Part shown: one piece after another, positions 27,492 through 37,186 of the stretch | Position numbering within the stretch: the first letter of the stretch is position 1 | Layout of the letters: each line of letters opens with the position of its first letter | Assembly (NCBI GenBank): GCA_947259885.1 | Contig: CAMYNW010000022.1 | Location: forward strand, 1,871 to 65,870 | Origin: an uncultured Gammaproteobacteria bacterium | GTDB taxonomy: Bacteria > Pseudomonadota > Gammaproteobacteria > Arenicellales > Poriferihabitantaceae | Reading direction: 5' to 3' | Length of the DNA: 64,000 nt | Translations under genes and position numbers: made by a program | The notes under the pieces: generated by a model | Database searches by the model: none | What the model saw: only the letters and a program-made list of their open reading frames with translations | What the model was told of the DNA's origin: nothing

Positions 27492-28331
27492 TCAGTTCAC
27501 CGCGCCGGATTCGATCAAATGTCGTGCCATGCCCTGAACATTGAGCGCGCGCCACTGATCAAAATTGCCCCAATCCTTATATTTCTCCATTAATACGGTC
27601 TGACTAAGTTCTTCGGCTGTCTTCCCTGCCTGCAATCCGGCCAGCACCTCGGCGCGCATTTCCTCGAGATATATGCGTCCATCGGTGGCGTCCGACTTCG
27701 TTCCAAGTACGCCATGACCGCCCGCAAGAATATCAAAATCCAGTGATTCGACCTTACGCACCTGATCGATCCAATGGTCAACATTGGCGTTTGGGAAATC
27801 GCGAAAAAAGACACGTTTCGGGGTGACCGCATCCACAACGAATCCGATATTTTCAGGCCGTATTACCATCGCAATCAGATCGGTGCCGTGACCTGGGCCG
27901 AGATAGGTCAACTCAAATGTTTTGCCACCCTGGGAAAACTCCATTTTATCTTCAAAGCGCTGGGTTGGAGTCACGACATCGATGTCCTCGGGGGCATTTT
28001 CATGCGCAACGACATTCGGCACCTCACCAAAGAACGCACCGCCTGAAGCGTGATCGGCATGACTGTGGCTGTACACAAGATGGGTTATCGGCTGATCTGT
28101 CATTTTTTCGATTTCGCCTCTGAGCCACTCGGCGGCATCGGCGCTGATTGGGTCTGTGACCACAACGCCATCTCCGGTGATGACAAACACCGAGTAATGA
28201 AAATTGTTTTGAAACCGATATACGTCGCCGGCAACCTTGGTAATTGCGCGTTGTGAGTCTTGGCTCATTGCGACAGAGGTGAAAATTCCTAGAAATAGCG
28301 GTATGAGTAGTCTTATGATGATTTTTGTCAT
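27492..28331 (-). CDS. Secreted MBL-fold metallo-hydrolase
   Basis: The internal ATG at 28331 is preceded by 'caAGGAGtattgacc' and yields the signal peptide 'MTKIIIRLLIPLFLGIFTSVAMSQ'. The metal motif is 'YSHSHADHASGG' (HxHxDH). Confidence 0.85.
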   Translation of the reverse strand: MTKIIIRLLIPLFLGIFTSVAMSQDSQRAITKVAGDVYRFQNNFHYSVFVITGDGVVVTDPISADAAEWLRGEIEKMTDQPITHLVYSHSHADHASGGAFFGEVPNVVAHENAPEDIDVVTPTQRFEDKMEFSQGGKTFELTYLGPGHGTDLIAMVIRPENIGFVVDAVTPKRVFFRDFPNANVDHWIDQVRKVESLDFDILAGGHGVLGTKSDATDGRIYLEEMRAEVLAGLQAGKTAEELSQTVLMEKYKDWGNFDQWRALNVQGMARHLIESGAVN

Positions 28332-28636
28332 GGTCAATACTCCTTGTTGATGGGTGAGAACAATATCGTCGCCGAACTTATCGACATTCAATTTGACCCG
28401 GGTCAAACCTACAGGTTCAGATTAGTTGAAATTCTTAGTGTCTGTGACGAAACGCGTTTAGGGTTCCTGCGATTTATAATACCGATTATTCAGTATAGAA
28501 AATACTTGGAAGACAGCTTTCCAACATATGAAATTTCGTTTATTTTAATACAACCAATTCTGGACACAGTATTATTAGCAATATAACTAGTTACGAATGC
28601 AGTCAGAGTGGAACAGCGGCTGCGTCCACTGCGGCT

Positions 28637-30055
28637 GTGTCCACTGCGACGAGGTTTGCTGCCGGTGCCCAGTCGACGGGCAGTGTTCTTTCGAGCGATC
28701 GGAATAAGACGCTGCTGGTGAAGAATATACATACCCTGGTCACCATGGACGATGAGCGGCGCGAGATTCATAATGGTGCGATCTTGGTGCAAAATAATGT
28801 CATCAAAGTCGTGGGCACAACCGAGGAGCTGCCAAAAGTTGGGTCGGAGGTGCTCGACTTGCAAGGCCGCTACGTCGTTATGCCGGGTATGGTGAATACG
28901 CACCACCACTTCTACCAGGTATTAACGCGGGTCATTACACCTGACGGTACGCTGTTTCCATGGCTCAAGTCGCTATACCCGATCTGGAAAAACATGCGCT
29001 CAACAGATATTTACTTGAGCGCGAAGTTGGCTGCTGCCGAGCTATTGCTTAGCGGGTGTACGACCTCGAGTGACCATCTGTATATATTGCCGAACGATTG
29101 TCGTATCGATGATGAGATTCGTGCGCTCGCCGATATTGGTATGCGTTTTACCGCAGTGCGTGGCAGTATGAGTATTGGTGAAAGTGACGGCGGGTTACCG
29201 CCCGATAACGTGGTCGAGACCATTCCCGCCATCCTCAAGGATTCGCAAAGAATTATTGAAGAACATCACGATAATTCGCGCCATTCAATGATTCGTGTCG
29301 CGTTAGGCCCTTGCTCGCCGTTTACCGTTACGGTTGACGCTATGTCCGAATCGGCAAAGTTAATCGAAGATTATGAAGGCGTGCGCTTACATACGCATCT
29401 CGCTGAGAATGCCGATGATATTGCTTATATGAAAGAAAAATACGGTGCCCGTCCGGCGGAGTGGACCGAGTCGCTGGGTTGGCTTAGTGATAAGGTCTGG
29501 CATGCACACTGCGTGCATCTCGATGATACGGATATTGGTATGTTTGCCAAAGCCGGCACTGGCGCCGCGCATTGCCCGGCAAGCAATATGCGTCTCGCCA
29601 GTGGTGCGGCTCCGATTCGAGCCATGCGTGACGCTGGCATGAGAGTTGGTCTGGGCGTGGATGGTTCGGCCTCGAACGATACGAGCAACATGCTGCAGGA
29701 GGCCCGGCTCGCCCTTTTGCTTGCGCGGGTGCGCGAGGTTTCGGTGGACGGTATGACCGCGCGCGAGGCGATCGAAATAGCAACGCGGGGAGGTGCGGAA
29801 GTGCTGGGCCGTGATGACATCGGGTATCCCACGCCGGGAATGTCTGCTGATTTCATCGCAGTCGATACCCACCGCAACGAATTCGTCGGCGCTCACGCAG
29901 ATCCGGTTGCCGCACTGGTGCTGTGCCAGACGGATCATGTCGATTACAGCTTCGTCAATGGAAGAAAGGTGGTCGACCAGGGCCGGTTGACCACGGTGGA
30001 CTATGACTTACTTGCGAAACAGACGCGAGCGGCGGCGATTGCCCTTGTTTCCTGA
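28637..30055 (+). CDS. Amidohydrolase-superfamily deaminase (8-oxoguanine-deaminase-like)
   Basis: 'VVMPGMVNTHHHFYQVLTRV', 'RLHTHLAEN', 'AHCVHL' and 'VGLGVDGSASND' are metal-ligand blocks of this family. The GTG start at 28637 lies inside a 15-bp tandem repeat, so the true start is uncertain. Confidence 0.8.
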   Translation: MSTATRFAAGAQSTGSVLSSDRNKTLLVKNIHTLVTMDDERREIHNGAILVQNNVIKVVGTTEELPKVGSEVLDLQGRYVVMPGMVNTHHHFYQVLTRVITPDGTLFPWLKSLYPIWKNMRSTDIYLSAKLAAAELLLSGCTTSSDHLYILPNDCRIDDEIRALADIGMRFTAVRGSMSIGESDGGLPPDNVVETIPAILKDSQRIIEEHHDNSRHSMIRVALGPCSPFTVTVDAMSESAKLIEDYEGVRLHTHLAENADDIAYMKEKYGARPAEWTESLGWLSDKVWHAHCVHLDDTDIGMFAKAGTGAAHCPASNMRLASGAAPIRAMRDAGMRVGLGVDGSASNDTSNMLQEARLALLLARVREVSVDGMTAREAIEIATRGGAEVLGRDDIGYPTPGMSADFIAVDTHRNEFVGAHADPVAALVLCQTDHVDYSFVNGRKVVDQGRLTTVDYDLLAKQTRAAAIALVS

Positions 30056-30089
30056 CAATAATTTATGACTTCTGACTACATACACCATT

Positions 30090-31436
30090 ATGCATGAGTT
30101 TCTAGCGGATGGGTTTAGTGAACAACCCTGGTGGTGGCGTGATGCCGCCCCTGTAGAGCAATCTACCTGTGATGCTTCTGGTGAAGCGGATGTTGTGGTA
30201 GTGGGTAGTGGTTACGCTGGATTGTCCTCGGCATTGGAGCTTGCACGAAGTGGATTAAAGGTAACCGTTATTGATGCCGGCAAGTGCGGTATTGGGGCCA
30301 GTACGCGAAATGCAGGCTTCCTGTCCGGCAGAGCGGGGGTCAGCAAACAGATCAACCTGCAGGCCATAGTGGGAACAGAACACGCAAACCGAATTTTTGC
30401 TGAAGCGGATAAAGCCTATGATCATTTGAAGGCCCTGGTTTCACGCGAGAACATTCAGTGTAACCTGGATTCGGTGGGTCGATTTGTTGGTGCCCATACG
30501 CCAGCTGCTTATGACAAGCTTTCAAAGAAAATGGACGAATACAATAACGATGGGCGGAGCAACTTTCGTATGGTTTCGAAACGTGAGCAGCGCGACTACG
30601 TTGCCAGCGACTATTGATATGGTGGGATGTATGTCGAAAATGCCGGGACTATTCATCCGTCGCGATATCATAAAGGCCTGATGGATCTTTGCCGGACCGC
30701 CGGTGTGTCATTTGTTTCAGACAGCCGCGTTATTGGCATTGTTACTGAAGGGTCGACCAAACACGTCCGTATACTGAGCGGCGACTTCAGAGCGAGAGAA
30801 GTTGTATTGGCGACAAATGGGTATACTGAAAGTTTATCTCCGTGGCATCAAAAACGCCTGGTTCCCGTCATGAGCAACATCGTAGCGAGCGAAGAAATTG
30901 GTGAAGACAGGGTTAATGCAATGTTGCCAATGCTATGTCCTGTCATCGATACCAAACGCGTTGTCTGTTTTGCCCGAGCGACCCCCGATAGAAAGCACAT
31001 TCTTTTTGGGGGCCGTGCTCGATTCTCACCCATGGGTCCGAAGGGTAGTGCGCAAATTCTGCATCAGCAACTAGTACAAATGTTTCCGCAGATGCGAGAT
31101 ATAAAAGCGACCAGCGCATGGTCAGGCTATATGGCGTTCACCTTTGATTTTTTACCCAAGATCGGTGTACACGAAGGGGTGCATTATGCAATTGTATGTA
31201 ACGGCGGCTGTGGCATAGTCATGATGAGTTGGCTTGGTAAGAAGGTCGCGCAAAACATTCTCGGCTCGGCACAACAAAAAAGTGCATTTGAAGGGCTGCC
31301 GTTTAAAACGCAGTTGTTCTATGCGGGTAAACCCTGGTTTCTGCCCATTGTTGGGAACTGGTGGCGTTTTAGGGACTGGGTTGAAATCCAACAAGCCAGA
31401 ATGGGCTCTGGGCACCAGCCCAAATTGAAATTCTAA
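30090..31436 (+). pseudogene. FAD-dependent oxidoreductase (DAO / gamma-glutamylputrescine-oxidase-like) interrupted by one in-frame TGA
   Basis: ORFs 30090-30617 and 30627-31436 are in the same frame (both coordinates are divisible by 3). They are separated only by TGA at 30615-30617: '...YVASDY*YGGMYVENAGTIHPSRYHKGL...'. The N-terminal part has 'DVVVVGSGYAGLSSALELARSG'. The C-terminal part continues the same family fold, with '...H.HP..Y..GL' directly after the stop. Confidence 0.75.
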
Positions 31437-31488
31437 AACTCTGGAAGCCAATAGGCAGACGAATACAAAAGTAAGTATTCATTAACCA

Positions 31489-31502
31489 GCGGAAAATTCC
31501 GC
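31489..31502. terminator. Weak hairpin between convergent genes
   Basis: GCGGAAAATTCCGC forms a 5-bp stem followed by 'gaatttctgtttc'. It sits between the stop at 31436 (+) and the stop at 31515 (-). The stem is short, so confidence is low. Confidence 0.25.
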
Positions 31503-31514
31503 GAATTTCTGTTT

Positions 31515-34079
31515 CTAGGTCTTCGGCAAATCATTAGCAGGGTCATAAAGAGCTTTACACCCCACAGCTTCAACTTTTATTGGAAACGGTTCGTCAAAAT
31601 ACTCCATGATCAGTTCACGCCCCTCCTCTGCATAAGCTCGTGGAAGATAGCCCAGGGCGATGTTCTTGCCCACAGACGGGCCGTAGGCGATGCTGGTGAT
31701 AAATGAGCGCCTGCCCAGCTCATCAATAAGGACTTCATTGGTGTCCGGGTCGAGAATCGGCCATTGACCAACGGGATAGCGGGCAATACCCTTGGCGTCC
31801 ACATTATTGGTCATAGTCATGGTGCAGAGATATGCGGGCTGGTGCTCACGCTCGCGTTGCGCAAGGTAGGCGGCCTTGCCGTGGAAATCCGCTTCCTTGA
31901 CCTTAGGGCGGGCAAGGCCCGCTTCATACAGATTGTATTCGGTGAGAAGGTCCGCATTCTGCAATCGCAAGCTTTTTTCCAGACGACGGCTATTGGCATA
32001 AGTTTCTACACCCACGGGTGTTGCGCCCTGTTCGTAGATCATATCCCAAAGTGATAGGCCATAACTGAATGGCACGTGCAGTTCCCAACCCTGCTCACCT
32101 ACATAGGAGATGCGGAATGCCAGCACTGGAATACCGCGCAGGGTGATATTTTTGGTGGTGGCAAAACGAAAATTATCGGCGTCTAATTCTTCGGGATGAT
32201 CGGCTACCGCCTGTAGCATTTTACGGGCGTTAGGGCCCCATAATCCAAGGCAGGAAATGTGGTCGCTGCGGTCTTCGATATACACGCTCCAACCATGATC
32301 TTCAGCCATGCGTTTCAGCCAGATATAGTCCCTGTTGCCGGCGTCGGCACCGTCAATTACCCGATACTTGTCTGAGTCGAGCCGAATCACCGTGAGGTCC
32401 GCACGCACGCCACCACTGTGATCGAGAAAGTGGGTATAGATGCCTTTGCCGATTGCGGTGTCGCCACCAACCTTGGCTACGCAGACGTACTCCATCAGCG
32501 CTTCGGCATCGGCGCCGGTCACATCGTACACCGCAAAGTGTGAGAGGTTGATCATGCCCGCATTTTCTGACATAGCCAAATGTTCGGCGTTGGATACCCG
32601 CCAGAAGTGACGATTGTCCCATTCGTTTTCTCGAACGGGCACCTTGTCGGCATATTTTTCGAGCAAGTGTTCATTGGAGGAATATCCATGAGCCCGCTCC
32701 CAGCCAGCGAGTTCCATAAAGTATCCTCCGAGTTCCTGCTCCCTTGACCAGAATGGGCTGCGACGAAGATTGCGGCCCTTGGAGTAAGGTTCTCGGCTGT
32801 GCACAGCTGGATTGTATATTTTGAACGCGGTCTCATAACATCGATCGTAGATGTACGTTGGCGTTTTTTGAATCGGGTAATAGCGCGCGACGTCGATACT
32901 GTGGATATCCATTTCAGTTACGCCGTCGGTCATCATTTCAGCCAACACCTTACCAATGCCAGGCGCGTCCTTGACCCAGACCGACTCGGCGTACCACAGG
33001 CCGCGTGTCTCCGGAGATTCGCCAATGGAAGGTCCGCCGTCTGCGGTGACCTGCAAAAGGCCGTTAAACGAACGTTTTTCATCCCACCCCAGTTCGCCAA
33101 GAATTGGGGTGAGTTCCATAGCGCGTTCCAGCGGTTCCATAATCTGCTCAACTTCAAGATCGCGCTGGGATGGCGACAGGCGCGCTTCGCCTTTTTCTAG
33201 CAGATCCTTTGGATGCACTAGGCGCGGGTCCTTTTCCTCGTAGTAGCCCCATTCAATCTGGCCACCCTCCGGGGTGGTGGGGTCACCAGTGTCACGAAGA
33301 TAAGCCGAGTTGCCCTGATCACGAAGAAGCGGATAACCAATATCTTTACCAGTGCCTTCAAATTCAGTATAGGGGCCGAAAAAACACAATGGATGGTCTA
33401 CCGGCATGATGGGCAGATCCTCACCCGCCATCTGTGCGATCAGACGACCCCACAGGCCGGCGCAAACCACGACAGTACTAGTTTCGATGTAACCGCGGCT
33501 GGTTTCGACACCCTTGATTTGGCCATTTTCGATATCAAGGCCGGTTGCGGAAGTATTGGCAAAGGATTGCAACTTACCGGTCGCCTTGGCCTGGTCTACC
33601 AGTTCGCCCGCTACGGTCTGCGAGCGCGGGACAACCAACCCTGCGTCAGGATCCCACATTGCGCCCTGGATCATGTCTTCTTCAAGCAACGGAAATTTTT
33701 CTTTGGTTTCCTTGGCGGTGATCATGCGGACATTGGTCCCAAATGCTTTGCCTGACCCTACTTTGCGCTTGAGTTCTTGCATGCGCTCATCATCGTCATG
33801 TCGCGCTACCTCGAGACCACCAATCCGAGCGTAACGCCCCATCTTGTCAAAAAACTCCACGCTGTATTTGGTGGTGTAACAGGTCAGATTGTCATGGGCG
33901 GTTAAATAGCAGAAATCGGAGGCATGGGAGGTGGAGCCGATGTCTGTTGGGATCGATGATTTATCGAGGCCGACGATATTCTCCCATCCTTTTTCGATCA
34001 GGTGATGGACCACGGATGCGCCAACGATCCCACCTTGACCGATAATGACAACATCTGCACTTGTAGGAAATTTCGCCAT
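31515..34079 (-). CDS. Dimethylglycine/sarcosine-dehydrogenase-like fusion (FAD-dependent oxidoreductase plus GcvT-type folate-binding aminomethyltransferase domain)
   Basis: N-terminus 'DVVIIGQGGIVGASVVHHL'. At 854 aa it has a DAO-type N-terminal half and a C-terminal half with GcvT-like blocks ('VYDVTGADAEALMEYV', 'AFRISYVGEQGWELHVP', 'YANSRRLEKSLRLQNADL'). Confidence 0.85.
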   Translation of the reverse strand: MAKFPTSADVVIIGQGGIVGASVVHHLIEKGWENIVGLDKSSIPTDIGSTSHASDFCYLTAHDNLTCYTTKYSVEFFDKMGRYARIGGLEVARHDDDERMQELKRKVGSGKAFGTNVRMITAKETKEKFPLLEEDMIQGAMWDPDAGLVVPRSQTVAGELVDQAKATGKLQSFANTSATGLDIENGQIKGVETSRGYIETSTVVVCAGLWGRLIAQMAGEDLPIMPVDHPLCFFGPYTEFEGTGKDIGYPLLRDQGNSAYLRDTGDPTTPEGGQIEWGYYEEKDPRLVHPKDLLEKGEARLSPSQRDLEVEQIMEPLERAMELTPILGELGWDEKRSFNGLLQVTADGGPSIGESPETRGLWYAESVWVKDAPGIGKVLAEMMTDGVTEMDIHSIDVARYYPIQKTPTYIYDRCYETAFKIYNPAVHSREPYSKGRNLRRSPFWSREQELGGYFMELAGWERAHGYSSNEHLLEKYADKVPVRENEWDNRHFWRVSNAEHLAMSENAGMINLSHFAVYDVTGADAEALMEYVCVAKVGGDTAIGKGIYTHFLDHSGGVRADLTVIRLDSDKYRVIDGADAGNRDYIWLKRMAEDHGWSVYIEDRSDHISCLGLWGPNARKMLQAVADHPEELDADNFRFATTKNITLRGIPVLAFRISYVGEQGWELHVPFSYGLSLWDMIYEQGATPVGVETYANSRRLEKSLRLQNADLLTEYNLYEAGLARPKVKEADFHGKAAYLAQREREHQPAYLCTMTMTNNVDAKGIARYPVGQWPILDPDTNEVLIDELGRRSFITSIAYGPSVGKNIALGYLPRAYAEEGRELIMEYFDEPFPIKVEAVGCKALYDPANDLPKT

Positions 34080-34745
34080 GAATCTATTCTCTCTGTATGC
34101 GTGGTTAAGCGGAGTTTTTGGAACTGTATGGAGCTACAGAATTCCAGTTCTTGAACAAACAGACTGGATCGGAAGTCGCTGAGAAAAATTTATGTTTACC
34201 CATTCTAGCCGACTTTAAGTAGATTATAAGCACGTTTTCTGGTGTAGATAAATTTATATCCGACATGGTGTTTTCCTTACGCGGCTCCAAAAAATGCCAC
34301 CGTTTTTGAATTTGGCGCCACCTTGAATTTTCGATAAAGCTTTAGACTATTTAGGCATGGTGTGTGTTGCTAAAGTTTCTATCTGCGGTTCTAGCTCAAG
34401 GAAATTACAACCGATTAGGATACAGTGCAAAACACGCCTGCTTCTGTAAAGGTTTCAGCATTGAAGTATGCGTCTGCACAATAGTTCAATGCAGATTCGT
34501 CGGGCAGGCCAGGGCACTTTTTCTGGGCAGAATTTTTGAAATACCAGGCCTCCACTGGCACCGCCGCCTGGGCATATACCGCGAATTTCATAACCGCCGG
34601 GACCAGCATTGCTCTACAGGATTTATGTTCATAGGAATATCCCCAGGTCGGGTGTATTCAGTTGAGTAAAGATGATTTGGAGCTATTTTGTAGGACTGTA
34701 TAACAGACTTAATTAAGAGCTGTGAAGAAACAGACGCAAGAAAAT

Positions 34746-35639
34746 TCAGATCATGTTAAAAGCTCCAGCTTCGTCCAGCAGCCACTGACGGAACAGCTGA
34801 AATGCTTTCTGATTCTCCGCTTTTGACGTGTGCACCAGATAGAATCCATAGCCCTCAAGCTGGATGTCGAATGGTTCTACTAAGAAGCCCCGAACTATGT
34901 CTTCACTGAGAAGCCGGTTTGCGAGAACCAGTCCATGGCCATCGATGGCGGATTGAACACGGACATTGGGATCGACAATGACGGGACCAGGACCTGATCC
35001 GAGATCTTCCAGGCCCGCTTTCAATAACCATTCATGCCAGCCATCGTTTCCTTCCTGATCATGCAGAAAAACCTGATGACGCAAATCACTGAGTTGTTCT
35101 ATCGGTGTCTCACTCTCAATAAGTTTAGGAGAGCAGACTGCAATCATGGGTGACGGAATTAACAACTCTGATTCACATCTCGACCAGCTTCCATCCCCCC
35201 ATCGAATGGCCAGGTCGACCTCCTTGAGATCGAAGTCAGGATCATTAACAGAATGTTTCAGTTTTATTGTGATGCTAGGGTGGTCGGTAAGGAAGTTGCC
35301 CAGTCTTTGCGACAGCCAGCGAGTGACAAAGTAGGTGCTTACGGATATCGTCAGACTCAGACGATTCGTGATCGGTGCAATGTTGTGAACCTCATCCTCG
35401 AGCTCGCGAAATAACCGATGCGTGGTGCGAAACAGGCTTTGGCCCTCTGGGGTCAAATTCACCTGTCTTGCGCTACGAGCAAACAGGACGATGTTGAGTT
35501 TCGACTCTAGTATTTTGATTTGGTAGCTTACTGCGCCTTGTGTCAGCGACAGTTCTTTTGCAGCCTCCGTAAAACTGCCGTGCCGGGCGGCGGCTTCAAA
35601 TGCACGCAGCGCTTTTAGTGGTGGTAATCGTTCAAACAT
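34746..35639 (-). CDS. LysR-family transcriptional regulator (GcvA-like)
   Basis: N-terminal HTH 'LPPLKALRAFEAAARHGSFTEAAKELSLTQGAVSYQIKILE', followed by a LysR substrate-binding fold. Confidence 0.9.
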   Translation of the reverse strand: MFERLPPLKALRAFEAAARHGSFTEAAKELSLTQGAVSYQIKILESKLNIVLFARSARQVNLTPEGQSLFRTTHRLFRELEDEVHNIAPITNRLSLTISVSTYFVTRWLSQRLGNFLTDHPSITIKLKHSVNDPDFDLKEVDLAIRWGDGSWSRCESELLIPSPMIAVCSPKLIESETPIEQLSDLRHQVFLHDQEGNDGWHEWLLKAGLEDLGSGPGPVIVDPNVRVQSAIDGHGLVLANRLLSEDIVRGFLVEPFDIQLEGYGFYLVHTSKAENQKAFQLFRQWLLDEAGAFNMI

Positions 35640-35670
35640 CGCTATAAATTAAAAATTTTAATTTATAGCG
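35640..35670. promoter_or_regulatory. 31-bp perfect palindrome abutting the LysR start codon; candidate operator in the divergent promoter region
   Basis: CGCTATAAATTAAAA-A-TTTTAATTTATAGCG consists of 15-bp arms with a 1-nt centre. It begins at the base adjacent to the LysR ATG (35639-35637 on the - strand). It lies in the 193-bp gap to the divergently transcribed hydroxylase gene at 35833. Confidence 0.5.
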
Positions 35671-35832
35671 TAAATTAATTCGGTTGTATTTGTCCATAAA
35701 TTAGTAATAAAGTAGGATTATTATATGCTTAATGAGCGTAAATACTTATTGCCATGAAATGCAGGGCTGTTAACACATTAATAATATTGTTGCTCAACGA
35801 TCCCAGAAAAACTCCATCTAGCACCAGTTGGT

Positions 35833-36843
35833 ATGACTGAAGCAGTGAACAAGGGGGCATCTCCGGCTGCTTCTTCCCGACCAAAAAGAAAGCAATGGAA
35901 CTATCGGCCGGAACTACCGTTGTCAGTCTCCCCGCTTTTCACGTTGCCATGGCGACCCATGGAAATCATCAAATGGATTGTTGGCGCCTGGTTTCCAATT
36001 TCTGAGCGACTGATTGTCCTGGCGCTTTCATTGATCAGCTGGTTCTTTCTCCACCCTTCCCTGGAGCGATGCAAGAATTTTGAGTTCGACTGGATTGCGC
36101 AGATATTTCTGCGAAATCTTGGTTTGCTGTTTCTCGTGGCGGGCGGACTGCATCTTTACTATTACGTCTTTCGCCTCCAGGGAGACGAAGGCCGTCATGA
36201 CACCCGGCCGCTGGTAAAGAACAGTCGGCAGTTCACATTTAACAACCAGATTCATGACAACATGTTCTGGAGCTGCGCGAGCGGAGTGACTGTGTGGACT
36301 GCGTATGAATCTCTGATGATGTGGGCTATTGCCAATGGTTACGCGTCCACACTGAACTGGTCGGAGAATCCCATTTGGTTTGTGATGCTCTTTCTTTTGT
36401 TGCCAGCGTGGGAGTCATTTTACTTCTACCTGGTACATCGTTTTCTGCACTGGCCGCCACTGTATAAAATCGCCCACGCGCTTCATCATCGGAACAATAA
36501 TGTAGGTCCGTGGTCTGGTTTGTCTATGCATCCGATCGAACACATTTTGTATTTAGGAACGGTTTTGATCCATTGGGTGGTGGCGGCTCATCCACTGCAT
36601 ATCATTTTCCATCTGCAGTATTTTACCCTCACCGCGGCGACCACCCATACCGGTTATTCGGGAATATTTATAAATGGAAAGAAGCGATTGGCGCTCGGCA
36701 CATTTCATCATCAATTGCACCACCGATTCTATGAATGTAATTATGGTGGTCTCGAAGTTCCTTTCGATCAATGGTTTGGATCCTTTCATAACGGCACAGA
36801 GGAATCTCACCGGCAGTTTCTCGATAGACGCAAATCATTCTAA
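35833..36843 (+). CDS. Fatty-acid hydroxylase / sterol-desaturase-family membrane di-iron oxygenase
   Basis: His boxes 'HRFLHWPPLYKIAHALHHRNNN', 'HPIEH' and 'HHQLHHRFYECNYG', with several TM helices. Confidence 0.85.
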   Translation: MTEAVNKGASPAASSRPKRKQWNYRPELPLSVSPLFTLPWRPMEIIKWIVGAWFPISERLIVLALSLISWFFLHPSLERCKNFEFDWIAQIFLRNLGLLFLVAGGLHLYYYVFRLQGDEGRHDTRPLVKNSRQFTFNNQIHDNMFWSCASGVTVWTAYESLMMWAIANGYASTLNWSENPIWFVMLFLLLPAWESFYFYLVHRFLHWPPLYKIAHALHHRNNNVGPWSGLSMHPIEHILYLGTVLIHWVVAAHPLHIIFHLQYFTLTAATTHTGYSGIFINGKKRLALGTFHHQLHHRFYECNYGGLEVPFDQWFGSFHNGTEESHRQFLDRRKSF

Positions 36844-37186
36844 AGACAACGTTTTAGCAATTTACCGATTTCTGTCAGCGAATCGCGGGCGTTCGGTAGC
36901 TCCGGATACGGTTCAAAGACGTGTCACATTTGTTCCCATACTCTCAGTTCAACATCATTTCCCGCGCGTCGTATGTCTCTTGTCAGATTAATGCAATGAC
37001 TCAACAGCAGATCTCGACTGCCACTGGTGATCAAAGTTGGTGGCATGCTTGAGGGTGGGCTTGTGAATTCTGGTGACAGATTTGGATGTTATTCAATAAA
37101 TCCAAGCAAATAATTAGAACTTATGCAATGCTCCGTTTTACACTAAGCACAAAGGAAAATTTCTTCAGTAAGAGGTGTAGTGAAGC

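Noticed and set aside
28616-28650. A tandem 15-bp repeat, GCGGCTGCGTCCACT / GCGGCTGTGTCCACT / GCGAC..., at the 5' end of the deaminase ORF.
   Set aside because: The repeat is real in the sequence, and its single C-to-T difference creates the GTG listed as the start codon. It is only 2.3 copies and encodes an Ala/Ser/Thr-rich N-terminal extension. It is probably slippage with no evident function, and it mainly adds uncertainty to the start-codon call.
30615-30617. Reading the in-frame TGA in the flavoprotein gene as selenocysteine.
   Set aside because: I see no obvious stem-loop immediately downstream that resembles a bacterial SECIS. The aligned position in this enzyme family is not a catalytic Cys/Sec site. 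A nonsense mutation or a sequencing error is more parsimonious.
34105-34669. Three short overlapping ORFs (34105-34290 on the minus strand, 34364-34669 on the plus strand, 34415-34609 on the minus strand) in the 665-bp gap between the dimethylglycine-dehydrogenase-like gene and the LysR gene.
   Set aside because: They are mutually exclusive and none has a recognisable domain. The 34415-34609 minus-strand ORF has the most protein-like composition ('...EAWYFKNSAQKKCPGLPDESALNYCADAYFNAE...'), but I cannot support it. The region is more safely regarded as a long promoter/leader region.
36844-37186. A possible minus-strand coding remnant ('...DLLLSHCINLTRDIRRAGNDVELRVWEQM*') in the gap before hyuA.
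   Set aside because: I cannot assign it to any family. It is short and has no start codon context.
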